Assembly (NCBI GenBank): GCA_964657875.1
Contig: CAZZWJ010000001.1
Coordinates: forward strand, 1-37,111
DNA: 37,111 nucleotides
Direction of reading: 5' to 3'
From: an uncultured Solirubrobacteraceae bacterium
GTDB lineage: Bacteria; Actinomycetota; Thermoleophilia; Solirubrobacterales; Solirubrobacteraceae
Below are positions 9,544 to 18,411 of the stretch, piece after piece. The notes under the pieces are model-generated. The model was not told where the DNA came from and ran no database searches. It worked only from the letters and a program-made list of their open reading frames with translations. A program made the position numbers and the translations under genes. Every line of letters begins with the position of its first letter. Positions within the stretch are counted from its first letter, which is position 1.

Positions 9544-10502
9544 ACGGCGGTGACGCGGGGTGGCCGTGAGAAGCTCCGCACCCACGCGCTGAGCAGCGCC
9601 GCCGGGTTGTCCCACCCGGGCGGGTGCGCGGCCAGGACCCGCTCGAGCATCTCGTCATCGACATCGATTCCGTCACGCCAGGCCGTCGAGGAGGCGACCG
9701 TGGAGGCGCTGATGAAATCGCCGATGAACGGCAACGCCGCACTGTCGTGGTCCATGAGCAGCAGGTGCCCCTCGCCGGGGACGATCACCAGCCGGGCGTT
9801 GGGCATATAACGCCCGAGCAGGTATGAGTTGGGAAGCGGCATCACCGGATCGTCGTCTCCGCTGATGACCAGCGTCTCGGGTGTTACGGCGCTCAGCCAC
9901 TTCAAGCTGCCCGGGCTCCCGGCGAGCGCCGCCAGCTGTGCGCAATATCCATACGGGGTCGGAGGGTGGCGCAGTCGGGCGTCGCCGTGACGACGCACGA
10001 AGCCCGGATCATCGCGCGCACGACCCCCCATCAAGGTGCCGATGACCCTCTCGTAATAGGGGCGCCAGTAGTAACGCAGTGGCGTCGACATCTGCGCGAG
10101 CGTCCACGGTGACCCTGGGACCCCGCCCCAACCGGGGGTCGTCCCGGCGAGCACCAGGCGCCGGATGCGTCCAGGGGCTCGACGGGCGAGGAACTGCGCG
10201 ACGAGGCCGCCGAACGAGTACCCCAGGACATCGACCTCGGCGTAACCGAGGCGGTCCAGCAGGGCCTCGGCAAGCAGGGCGAGGGAATCAAGGCCAAGCG
10301 GGAACAGCGGACTGGAGGAGCGGCCGGTGCCGGGCGCGTCGAACGCGATCACCCGGCTGCCGGGCACCGCCCGCTCGAGGCTGGCCCACATCTCCAGGTG
10401 GGCGCCGATGCCATTGATCAACAGCAACGGCCGCCCCTCGCCGGACTCGCGCACGTGCAGCCTCACCCCTGCGACCTCCACCGATCTCGCCTTCGCCGGC
10501 AC
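9540..10502 (-). CDS. Alpha/beta hydrolase, intracellular PHA depolymerase (PhaZ)-like
   Basis: PLLLINGIGAHLE, FDAPGTGRS, GYSFGG nucleophile elbow, GDDDPVMP, GHLLL; adjacent to phaC; GTG start at 10502 is approximate. Confidence 0.8.
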   Translation of the reverse strand: MPAKARSVEVAGVRLHVRESGEGRPLLLINGIGAHLEMWASLERAVPGSRVIAFDAPGTGRSSSPLFPLGLDSLALLAEALLDRLGYAEVDVLGYSFGGLVAQFLARRAPGRIRRLVLAGTTPGWGGVPGSPWTLAQMSTPLRYYWRPYYERVIGTLMGGRARDDPGFVRRHGDARLRHPPTPYGYCAQLAALAGSPGSLKWLSAVTPETLVISGDDDPVMPLPNSYLLGRYMPNARLVIVPGEGHLLLMDHDSAALPFIGDFISASTVASSTAWRDGIDVDDEMLERVLAAHPPGWDNPAALLSAWVRSFSRPPRVTAV

Positions 10503-10525
10503 CCGTTCGAGGCTATCGGGGTGCG

Positions 10526-11707
10526 CTAGCGCAGCGCGGCTTCCGAGCTCTGCGCCTCGGGTGCCTCCTCGGCTGCGGGCTCGACCGCCACCTCGGGCTC
10601 GATGGCCTGGGGGTCGCGCAGGCCCGGGAGCCCATAGGACTCCAGGTAGACGACGTAGAAGAGAATCCACAGGACCAGCCAGTCCATCCAGCCCAGCGGG
10701 CTGCCGTATATCGAGCCGACGACGACCGGCTCGCCGAGGATGTGTGGGGCGAGCACGTAGGAGTACAGAGCGAAGGTTCCGATCCCGAGCGCGAGCGTCA
10801 ACACGACGCGCACGAGGTAGTTCACCGCCTGGCTGAAGCCGGTCGGGCGGTTGTCGAACACGTTGGCCCAGATGATCATCCAGAACACCCAGCAGACGCC
10901 GATCTGCGCGGGATATTCGTTGAAGTTGACGCCGAGCAGCGCCTTGGTGTGGCTGCCGAGGATCGCCTCGACGAGCAACCGAAGGACGAAGTACAAGCCG
11001 ATGCCGACGACGATGTTGCCGACGAGCGAGGCGAGCGCCTGCCCGCCTCCCGCCCCGGCCAACCGCCACGGCCAGTTTTCGATGAGCAGGCCGGTGACGA
11101 CCGCGACGATGATGATGGAGTACACGACGCCGATCGTCGTCGGGATGTTGAGCAGCACGTGACCCGGCTTCGCCCAGGTCTCGAGGTTCGGCAGCGCGAA
11201 CAGTGCGTAGAGGACGACGGTCGGGCCGGTGACCGCGCCGATCTCGGCAATGCCCACCCACGGCTGCGCGAGACCCTTGTGGCGCCACGGCCAGTGATCC
11301 CAGTTGATCACGACCGTCAGGTAGGTGAAGAACCCGAACAGCACGAACAGCGCGGCGAGAAAGAAGCCGTTGCCCATCTTCACCCCACTGGAGAACGCCG
11401 GGTCGAAGTGGCCCCAGCCCTCGAACAGATAGGAGATGCCGATCGCCAGCCCGACGGTGACGCCGATGAGCGTGAGGCCCTTGAGCGGTTGGCGCAGCCG
11501 GTCGAACCAGTGGAACTCGAGGTTGAAGCCGAAGAACACCACCATGAGGATGGCCCAGAAGAGCATCTCGTCGAACGGCTCGGGGTAGGTGAAGACGACG
11601 CTTGTCTTCGGATCGACGAGCAGGAACCAGAAACCGAGCGCCAAGCCGCATACCACGACCAGGTTGGCCAGTCCAAACCAGTACCAGGGAACCGTCTTCG
11701 ATTTCAT
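10526..11707 (-). CDS. Uncharacterised polytopic membrane protein (~10-11 TM, Trp/Phe-rich); possible permease
   Basis: ATG 11707 with GAGAGGTGG RBS; many hydrophobic segments; repeated WDHWPW / IENWPW / FDNRP motifs; acidic tail. Confidence 0.8.
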   Translation of the reverse strand: MKSKTVPWYWFGLANLVVVCGLALGFWFLLVDPKTSVVFTYPEPFDEMLFWAILMVVFFGFNLEFHWFDRLRQPLKGLTLIGVTVGLAIGISYLFEGWGHFDPAFSSGVKMGNGFFLAALFVLFGFFTYLTVVINWDHWPWRHKGLAQPWVGIAEIGAVTGPTVVLYALFALPNLETWAKPGHVLLNIPTTIGVVYSIIIVAVVTGLLIENWPWRLAGAGGGQALASLVGNIVVGIGLYFVLRLLVEAILGSHTKALLGVNFNEYPAQIGVCWVFWMIIWANVFDNRPTGFSQAVNYLVRVVLTLALGIGTFALYSYVLAPHILGEPVVVGSIYGSPLGWMDWLVLWILFYVVYLESYGLPGLRDPQAIEPEVAVEPAAEEAPEAQSSEAALR

Positions 11708-11946
11708 GGCGTCCACCTCTCTCCCGCAGCTCGGCACCGTGTGACCATGACACTGTCGCAAAGGTCAGGGTGCACGAAGACGTCTCCGTGTCACTTGCCG
11801 CGACCGGTCATGGAATACCTCTCAGGTCCGTCTCCGGACCGTCCTCTCAGCAACTGATCATCTGCGCCGGCGCCCCCGCCGTCAAGAATGTGTCGACCCG
11901 TCGCAGAATGTGCAACGCGCCGACGATTAGGCTTGATGTGTTGTGG

Positions 11947-11973
11947 TTGACGCGGGGACGGTTGGGTTACACT
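11947..11973 (+). promoter_or_regulatory. Possible sigma70-type promoter of the lyase-ligase operon
   Basis: TACACT (-10-like) at 11968-11973; TTGACG at 11947-11952, but the spacer is only 15 nt. Confidence 0.35.
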
Positions 11974-12023
11974 CATGCTCGAGTAGGCGGTGCAACCGCA
12001 GACGCGACGGCTGGGAGGGTGAG

Positions 12024-13763
12024 ATGGGCTCAGAAGGTTTCGAGCCGGTGGCGAACATCGTCGCGCGGTTCCTGAGAGGTCGCGGGATCGACCGCGTGTT
12101 CGGGCTCCAGGGTGGCCATATCCAGCCGATCTGGGATCAGCTGGCACGAGGCGGCGTGCGGATCGTCGACGTGCGAGACGAGGGCGCCGCGGTGCACATG
12201 GCCCATGCCCATCGCGAGTTGACCGGGGAGATGGGCGTGGCGATGGTGACCGCCGGGCCCGGGGTGACCAACGCGGTCACCGCGGTCGCCAACGCCTCGG
12301 TGTCGCGGATCCCGCTGATCGTGATCGGGGGGTGCCCGCCGCGTCCTCAGGCGAATATGGGCCCGCTGCAGGGCATCCCGCACGTCGAGATCCTGAGACC
12401 GATCACGCGCGGCGCGCGCACGCTCGGCGTCGCCGATCAGGTCCTGCGCGAACTCGATGAGGCGTGGGCGCGCGCCGAGGGCGACCGCGGCGAGCCCGGT
12501 CCGGTGTACATCGAGATCCCGACCGACGTCCTGCGCCAGGAGGTCCCGGCGGCCCTCATCACCGAGGAGCATCTGCGTCCCAAGCCTCGCCGGCGGCCGC
12601 GGCCCGAGCCCGACGAGGTGACCGCGGCGGCGGCGCTCGTGGGCGGGGCCGAACGTCCCGTCGTGATTTCCGGTCGCGGTGCGCGCGTGGCCGGTGGCAC
12701 CGAGCTGATGCGCTTCCTCGACGCCTCGGGCGCCGCCTACCTGGATACCCAGGAGAGCCGCGGTCTCGTTCCCGACGACCACCCATCGGTCGTGGGATCC
12801 ATGCGTTCGCGCGTGATGCGCGAGACCGACCTGGTGATCACCGTCGGCCGCCAGCTGGACTTCCAGCTCGGGTTCGGCTCACCGGCCGTCTATCCCGAGG
12901 CGCGGTTCGTGCGGATCGCCGATACGGCCTCGGAGTTGATCGACAACCGTCGCGGCGAGGCTGAGCTGCTCGCCGATCCAGGGGCCGCGCTCGACGCCCT
13001 CGTGCAGGCGCTCGACCGCCAGGGCTCCAACGGGTCGGCCCAGCGTGCGTGGCTGCGGGAGCTGCACACCGAGCATCTGCGCAAGGCGGCGGAATACCGG
13101 GAGGGGCTCACCGAGAGCCCCGCCGGCGACGACGGGTTGATGCACCCCAACCGGATCTTCGATGCGATCGCGCGGGCCGGTCTCGAGGACGCGGTGATGA
13201 TCGCCGACGGGGGTGACTTCCTGAGCTTCGCACGGCTGGCGATGCGTGGCTGGCGCTATCTGGACGCCGGGGCGTTCGGGTGCCTTGGAGTCGGCGTGCC
13301 GTTCGGTATCGCAGCCGCGCTCGCCCATCCCGAGCGTCCCGTGATCGTGGCGACCGGCGACGGTGCGTTCGGGATCAACGCCATGGAGATCGACAGCGCG
13401 GTGCGTCATGGCGCGAAGATCGTCGTCCTGGTCGCCAACAACCGCGCCTGGAACATCGAGCGCTATGACCAGCTGGAGAACTACGGCCTGGTGGCGGGGA
13501 CCGAGCTCGGTGACTGCGACTACGCGGCGATGGCGCGCGGTCTGGGCGCGCATGGCGAGCGAGTCACCGAGCCCGGCGAGCTGGCCGGCGCCCTGGAGCG
13601 GGCGGTTGCGGCCGCCCCGGCGCTGGTCGATGTCGTCGTGACGCGGGACGCCCCGTCGCCGGACGCCGGCAAGGGCCTGGGCTTCGTGCCTGACTTCCAG
13701 GCGCTCACGCCTTGGGACGAGAAGGAGATCGAACGGCGCGAATCAACCGCGCCGGTTGGGTAG
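12024..13763 (+). CDS. ThDP-dependent enzyme, 2-hydroxyacyl-CoA lyase (2-hydroxyisobutyryl-CoA lyase-like)
   Basis: [33 protein letters not shown]...NN ThDP motif, [24 protein letters not shown], all matching my recollection of the Actinomycetospora chiangmaiensis lyase; GGGAGGG RBS. Confidence 0.85.
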   Translation: MGSEGFEPVANIVARFLRGRGIDRVFGLQGGHIQPIWDQLARGGVRIVDVRDEGAAVHMAHAHRELTGEMGVAMVTAGPGVTNAVTAVANASVSRIPLIVIGGCPPRPQANMGPLQGIPHVEILRPITRGARTLGVADQVLRELDEAWARAEGDRGEPGPVYIEIPTDVLRQEVPAALITEEHLRPKPRRRPRPEPDEVTAAAALVGGAERPVVISGRGARVAGGTELMRFLDASGAAYLDTQESRGLVPDDHPSVVGSMRSRVMRETDLVITVGRQLDFQLGFGSPAVYPEARFVRIADTASELIDNRRGEAELLADPGAALDALVQALDRQGSNGSAQRAWLRELHTEHLRKAAEYREGLTESPAGDDGLMHPNRIFDAIARAGLEDAVMIADGGDFLSFARLAMRGWRYLDAGAFGCLGVGVPFGIAAALAHPERPVIVATGDGAFGINAMEIDSAVRHGAKIVVLVANNRAWNIERYDQLENYGLVAGTELGDCDYAAMARGLGAHGERVTEPGELAGALERAVAAAPALVDVVVTRDAPSPDAGKGLGFVPDFQALTPWDEKEIERRESTAPVG

Positions 13764-13784
13764 CGGCAATCGAGGGAGAGACGG

Positions 13785-15422
13785 GTGCGCTCGTATACCA
13801 AGCTGACAAACGAGGTGAAGGACGGCTGGACGATCGGACAGATGCTCAGCCGGCAGGCTCGCGAACGGCCAGACGCGCCGGCGCTTCAGTGGCAGACCGA
13901 TGAGCCACTGTCCTACGGCGAGCTCCACGAGCGCTGCCGACGGGTCGCGGGAGGCCTGCGCTCCCTCGGCGTGCAGCCGGGCGACAAGGTGCTCATCATG
14001 TTGCCCAACCGGCTGGAGATCGTCCTGTCGTGGTTCGGCGTGACGCTGCTCGCAGCGGTCGAGGTTCCGGTCAACACCGCCTACGAGACCTCCTGGTTGG
14101 CGCACGAGGTCAACGACTGCGGCGCCGAGATCGCGATCGTGGACGCGGAGTTCCTCGAACGATTCGAGAGGATCAGTGATGATCTCGAGCAGCTGAAGAC
14201 GATCGTCGTGGTCGGCGATGGCGCGGATGGCGGTGCCCGCACCGAGGGTCTCGATGTCCACGCCTGGAGCGAGCTCGTCGAGGCGGAGCCGATCGACGAG
14301 CCGGAGGAGACCCACTTCAACGACGTGATGGGAATCCTCTACACGTCCGGGACCACCGGCCCGTCGAAGGGCGTGATCGTGCCCTACGGGCTGAGTGGGA
14401 TCTTCGCTCAGGCGGTGATCGACTCAGCGCAGCTGACCGACGAGGATGTCGCGTACGTGTGTAACCCGTTGTTCCATGGCAACGCCCAGTTCATGCAGGT
14501 TCTGCCGATCATGCTGTGCGGCGGTCGGGTGAGCCTCTGGCCCAAGTTCAGCGCGTCCCGGTGGCTGTCGCAGATTCGCGACTGCGGCGCGACGATCACG
14601 AACACGATTGGAGTCATCCTCCAGTTCATCCACGGCCAGGAGCGCCACGACGACGACGCCGACAATCCGCTGCGCCGGATTCTGGTGCAGCCGGCGCCGA
14701 AGGACATCGTCGAGGACTTCGAGGAGCGCTTCGGCGTCACCTGCCTTGAGGGCTACGGGATGACCGAGATCGGTGTCGTGACCTACCGTCACATGGACGA
14801 CGAGCTCAAGCCTGGAGCGGCCGGCAAGCCGATCGATGAGTGGTTCGAGGTGCGGATCGAGGATCCGGAGACGGGCGAGCCGCGGCCGGCGGGCGAGCCG
14901 GGCGCGATCGTGGTGCGCCCGAAGTCGAGCGGAATCCTCATGCAGGGCTATCACAACCTGCCGGAGAAGACGCTCGAGAGCTGGCGGGAACTGTGGTTCC
15001 ACACCGATGACGTCGCCATGCTGGACGAGGACGGGCACCTGATCTTCGCCGATCGCGCGAAGGACATGATCCGGCGGCGTGGAGAGAACATCTCCTCCTA
15101 CACGATCGAGTCCAACGTCCAGGAGCACCCGGCGGTGAGCGAAGCCGTCGCGTTCGCGGTCCCGTCGGATCTCGGCGAGGGATCCGAGGACGAGGTGAAG
15201 ATCTGCGTCATCCTCAATGACGGCGAGGACGTCGCCCCGCAGGAGCTCCACGACTTCTGCGCCGAGCGGATGCCCATGTTCGCCGTTCCGCGTTTCATCG
15301 AGTTCCTCGAGGAGATTCCGCGGACCCCGACTCGAAAGGTCCGCAAGAAGGAACTGCGCGATCGCGGGATCACCGACGAGACCTGGGATTGCGAGGCGGC
15401 CGGGGTGGAGGTCGGCAACTAG
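13785..15422 (+). CDS. ATP-dependent acyl-CoA ligase, CaiC (crotonobetaine/carnitine-CoA ligase)-like
   Basis: YTSGTTGPSKG, PLFHGNA, FSASRW, FEERFGV, YGMTE, DRAKDMIRRRGENISS, PRTPTRKVRK; GGGAG RBS. Confidence 0.9.
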   Translation: MRSYTKLTNEVKDGWTIGQMLSRQARERPDAPALQWQTDEPLSYGELHERCRRVAGGLRSLGVQPGDKVLIMLPNRLEIVLSWFGVTLLAAVEVPVNTAYETSWLAHEVNDCGAEIAIVDAEFLERFERISDDLEQLKTIVVVGDGADGGARTEGLDVHAWSELVEAEPIDEPEETHFNDVMGILYTSGTTGPSKGVIVPYGLSGIFAQAVIDSAQLTDEDVAYVCNPLFHGNAQFMQVLPIMLCGGRVSLWPKFSASRWLSQIRDCGATITNTIGVILQFIHGQERHDDDADNPLRRILVQPAPKDIVEDFEERFGVTCLEGYGMTEIGVVTYRHMDDELKPGAAGKPIDEWFEVRIEDPETGEPRPAGEPGAIVVRPKSSGILMQGYHNLPEKTLESWRELWFHTDDVAMLDEDGHLIFADRAKDMIRRRGENISSYTIESNVQEHPAVSEAVAFAVPSDLGEGSEDEVKICVILNDGEDVAPQELHDFCAERMPMFAVPRFIEFLEEIPRTPTRKVRKKELRDRGITDETWDCEAAGVEVGN

Positions 15423-16224
15423 GCCGGCGCACGGCCGGCCGCCGGCCGCCGGCGCCGAGCTCGCGCGTCACGGTCAGGAGCGCCCGCTCGACATGCTCAC
15501 GTTCAGTCGCGAACTGGGCGCGGGTCATGCTCACGCCGAGCGCGGCGACCGGTCGCCCGTCCGGGTTGCAGACCGGCGCCGCGAGCGAACCGAAGCCGAC
15601 GTCGTACTCGCAGCGGTCGGTGGCCACGCCGCGTTCGCGCACGAGGGCCAGCTCGTCGCGCAGCCTGCCCGGGTCGGCGATGGTGCGCGGGGTGAAGGAT
15701 CGCAGCCCGTGCCGCTCCACCCAGTGCTCAAGGCTCGCCGCGTCCAGCCCTGCGAGCAGCAGCTTGCCGATCGACAGTGCATGCGCGGTGTGGCGGATGA
15801 GCGGCTTCTCGAGGTTGCCCATCCGGGGCAGGCCCTGACGCCCGATGTCCCGCACGAGGGCAACCCCGTCGACCGAGAACATGCCGATGCACGTGCGGCG
15901 TCCCGTGCGTTTGAACACCTCGCGCATCCCGTCCTCCAGAAGACGCTCCGCATCGGGCATCAGGGGGGCGGGCTCCTCGGGCGCGGGCGCAGGCGCCCCG
16001 GGCTTGTCGACGATCAGCCGGTAGCGCCCGGCACGCCCGACCCGGGCGATGAACCCCTCGGCCTCGAGGCTGGCCAGGAGGTGGTAGGCGGTGGAGCGGC
16101 TCTTATCCAGGTAGCGCGCAATCTCCTGCGCCGAGACGCCGCGGGGATTCTCTGCGATGTAGGAGAGCACGCACAGGACCGCTCGGGCGGTGCTCAGTCC
16201 GCGATCCCGGGTGACGCTCGACAT
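15370..16224 (-). CDS. IclR-family transcriptional regulator
   Basis: HTH EIARYLDKSRSTAYHLLASLEAEGFI; effector domain HALSIGKLLLA, FTPRTI, ELALVRERGVA, SLAAPV. Confidence 0.92.
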   Translation of the reverse strand: MSSVTRDRGLSTARAVLCVLSYIAENPRGVSAQEIARYLDKSRSTAYHLLASLEAEGFIARVGRAGRYRLIVDKPGAPAPAPEEPAPLMPDAERLLEDGMREVFKRTGRRTCIGMFSVDGVALVRDIGRQGLPRMGNLEKPLIRHTAHALSIGKLLLAGLDAASLEHWVERHGLRSFTPRTIADPGRLRDELALVRERGVATDRCEYDVGFGSLAAPVCNPDGRPVAALGVSMTRAQFATEREHVERALLTVTRELGAGGRRPAVRRPSCRPPPRPPRNPRSRR

Positions 16225-16233
16225 GGACGCGCC

Positions 16234-17316
16234 TCACGCTCCGATGCCGGCCCGGCGGCAGGCCTCGGTGGCCAGTTCAGGGACGCCGGCGGCCATCTGG
16301 GCGAACCACGGGTCGCGCTCGTTGCCGGCCTGGAAGCGCTGATAGCTCTGCTCAAGAAAGATCGCGGCCTTCCACAGCGCGAGCACCTCGTACCAGCGAA
16401 GGTGCTCGATCGAGCGTTCGGTCAGCTCGGCGTAACGCGCCGCCAGCTCGTCACGGTCGGGGAACCCCGGCTCGCGGGTGACCGCCTGGATCTCGCTCAT
16501 CACGGTCGGCGCCGCGTCCCGAGCCGCCCAGTGCGCGGTGAGGTAGCCGAGGTCTGCGAGCGGATCCCCGACGGTGGCCATCTCCCAGTCCAGGACGCCG
16601 AGCAGGCGAACCGGAGGCTCGGCGCCGAAGATCAGATTGCCGATGCGGAAGTCACCGTGCACAACCGTCGACGGTGCGGGTGGCGGGAGGTGATCCCGCA
16701 GCCACCGCGTGGTCGCCTCCAGCTCCGGCAGCTCGCGCATGCGCGCGCGCTCCCACAGATCCTCGAAGCGGCGCAGCTGTCGCTCGAGATAGCCGTCCGG
16801 CTTGCCCAGATGCGCCAGCTCGCGCCGCGCGGGCCAGTCGATCGCGTGCAGCGCCGCCAGGGCGACGATTGCCTGGTGCGCGATCTCCGCGCGCCGCGAC
16901 GGGGTGGCCAGGGCCTCGGGGGTGCGCGTGCCGAGCACCACCCCGTCCAGGTACTCCATGAGGTAGAACGGCGCCTGCAGCACCGACAGGTCCTCGCACA
17001 CGGCAATGATCCGCGGCACCGGGATCTGCGTGCCCGCCAGACCTCGCAGCACGCGCGCCTCGCGCAGCACGTCATGGGCCGACGGTGGAAGCGGAGGCAG
17101 CGGCGGGCGTCGCAGCGCCACGCGGGCGTCGCCGCGCTTCACGAGGTAGGTCACGTTGGAATGACCACCGATGAGCCGTGTCGCGGTGACCGGGCCGGAT
17201 CCGAGCCCCTCGCGATCGAGGTAGCCCTCGAGGCGATCGGTAGCCAGCAGCAGCGCGTCGCCCTCCTGCTGATCGACCACGCCTGCGGCCGGATCTGATG
17301 CTGCGCCTCGGCTCAT
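16234..17316 (-). CDS. APH-like phosphotransferase (ACAD10/11 kinase domain / LvaA-like)
   Basis: GGHSNVTY, LRRPP, SAHDVLRE, PFYLME, GKPDGYLERQL, VHGDFRIGN, LDWEMATVGDPLADLG. Confidence 0.9.
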   Translation of the reverse strand: MSRGAASDPAAGVVDQQEGDALLLATDRLEGYLDREGLGSGPVTATRLIGGHSNVTYLVKRGDARVALRRPPLPPLPPSAHDVLREARVLRGLAGTQIPVPRIIAVCEDLSVLQAPFYLMEYLDGVVLGTRTPEALATPSRRAEIAHQAIVALAALHAIDWPARRELAHLGKPDGYLERQLRRFEDLWERARMRELPELEATTRWLRDHLPPPAPSTVVHGDFRIGNLIFGAEPPVRLLGVLDWEMATVGDPLADLGYLTAHWAARDAAPTVMSEIQAVTREPGFPDRDELAARYAELTERSIEHLRWYEVLALWKAAIFLEQSYQRFQAGNERDPWFAQMAAGVPELATEACRRAGIGA

Positions 17317-17448
17317 GCTCTCCCTCCTATCGCCCGGGCAACCTCACCTGACCGAGCGTTCGCCCGGTACCTAACGAGCGCTCACCACGGTAGCAAAACG
17401 GCGGATGCCGTCAAGCCGCCACCGCCCGGCGCTCGCCATGACGGCGCC

Positions 17449-18162
17449 TCAGGACGCGGAGTGCAGTGGCGGACGGGCCGCGAGGAGAGCGTCGAGCTTG
17501 GCCTCGACGCGGTCCAGCTGGCTCGCGCCGGCGATGGGCAGGTGCGTCTCCTGCCCGCGGACCGGGGACTGCGGCCCCTCGGCGACGCCGTTGAGGTAGA
17601 CGTCGAGCAGCACGCGGCCGATCTGCTCGGGTGCCAGATCGCCATCGGGGTGGTACCAGAAGATCGACCAGTTGAGGGTGTTGAGCAGCGACAGGGTCAT
17701 CCATTTGGCGTCGAGGGAGGCGCGCAGTCGCCGGTCCTCCTGGGCGGCCTCGACGAGTCGCCGGATCCGCGTCTCGTATTCGGCGCGCGCACGGCGGACC
17801 ACCGCATGGCTCTCCGGCGAGAGCGCCCGCATCTCGATCAGCATCGTGGCGTGCATGTCGGCGTTCTCGAGCGCCGAGGCCACGTGGGCGATGACCGCGG
17901 CCTGCAGGCGGGCCATCGAGTCCGTGAGCCCCTCCAGGGCCACCGTGACCGCTGCGTCGATGCGCGTGAGGCTCTCGACGCACAGCTCGAGCAGCAGCGC
18001 GTCCTTGCTGTCGACGTGGTGATAGAGCGCGGCCTTGGTGAGTCCGAGCGAGTCCGACAGTGCTCGCGTGCTGGTGCCCGCGTATCCGTGATTGCGGAAC
18101 AGCCGCGCCGCTTGGACCAGCAGGCGCGCACGCGTCGTCTCGGTGGGTGTGAGTGCCGTCAA
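17449..18162 (-). CDS. TetR/AcrR-family regulator (KstR2/PaaR-like C-terminal domain)
   Basis: AARLFRNHGYAGTS, LGLTKAALYHHVDSK, LNWSIFWYHPDG; start uncertain (TTG 18162 or ATG 18210). Confidence 0.9.
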   Translation of the reverse strand: MTALTPTETTRARLLVQAARLFRNHGYAGTSTRALSDSLGLTKAALYHHVDSKDALLLELCVESLTRIDAAVTVALEGLTDSMARLQAAVIAHVASALENADMHATMLIEMRALSPESHAVVRRARAEYETRIRRLVEAAQEDRRLRASLDAKWMTLSLLNTLNWSIFWYHPDGDLAPEQIGRVLLDVYLNGVAEGPQSPVRGQETHLPIAGASQLDRVEAKLDALLAARPPLHSAS

Positions 18163-18411
18163 CGATCGACAATTCAAGCACGCAGGCCCGCGGATGACGG
18201 TGATTCGCATCGCGACGAACGCGTCGCGGAGAGACTGCTTTTCACATACTGCGACACCGTCCACGGAACTTGACGTCACTGGCGTGGGAGGGAATCATCA
18301 GGCCCTCGGGAGAGGACTCATCGGTCGACGAGACGCTGCGGCGATCCCTTCGACCGGCCGGTCCTGAGGCTTCCGTTGGCGCGATCGTCCAGACCAGAGG
18401 AGAGAGTCCAG

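Noticed and set aside
9540-11753. 737-aa ORF suggesting a large hydrolase fusion
   Set aside because: The first ~417 codons are an Arg-rich off-frame read of the membrane protein gene; only 9540-10502 looks like real protein
12024-13763. Annotation as acetolactate synthase large subunit (ilvB)
   Set aside because: No small subunit or ilvC nearby; motifs and the CoA-ligase neighbour fit the acyl-CoA lyase subgroup
15370-15422. 53-bp convergent overlap between the ligase and IclR genes
   Set aside because: The IclR tail is low-complexity Pro/Arg sequence, most simply explained by stop-codon drift
15217-17298. 693-aa plus-strand ORF and many other long overlapping ORFs
   Set aside because: Antisense or off-frame shadows of real genes, expected in high-GC DNA; no motifs
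16234-17316. Aminoglycoside resistance kinase
   Set aside because: LRRPP/SAHD/GKPxGYLERQ motifs point to the acyl-CoA-associated ACAD10/11-type subgroup
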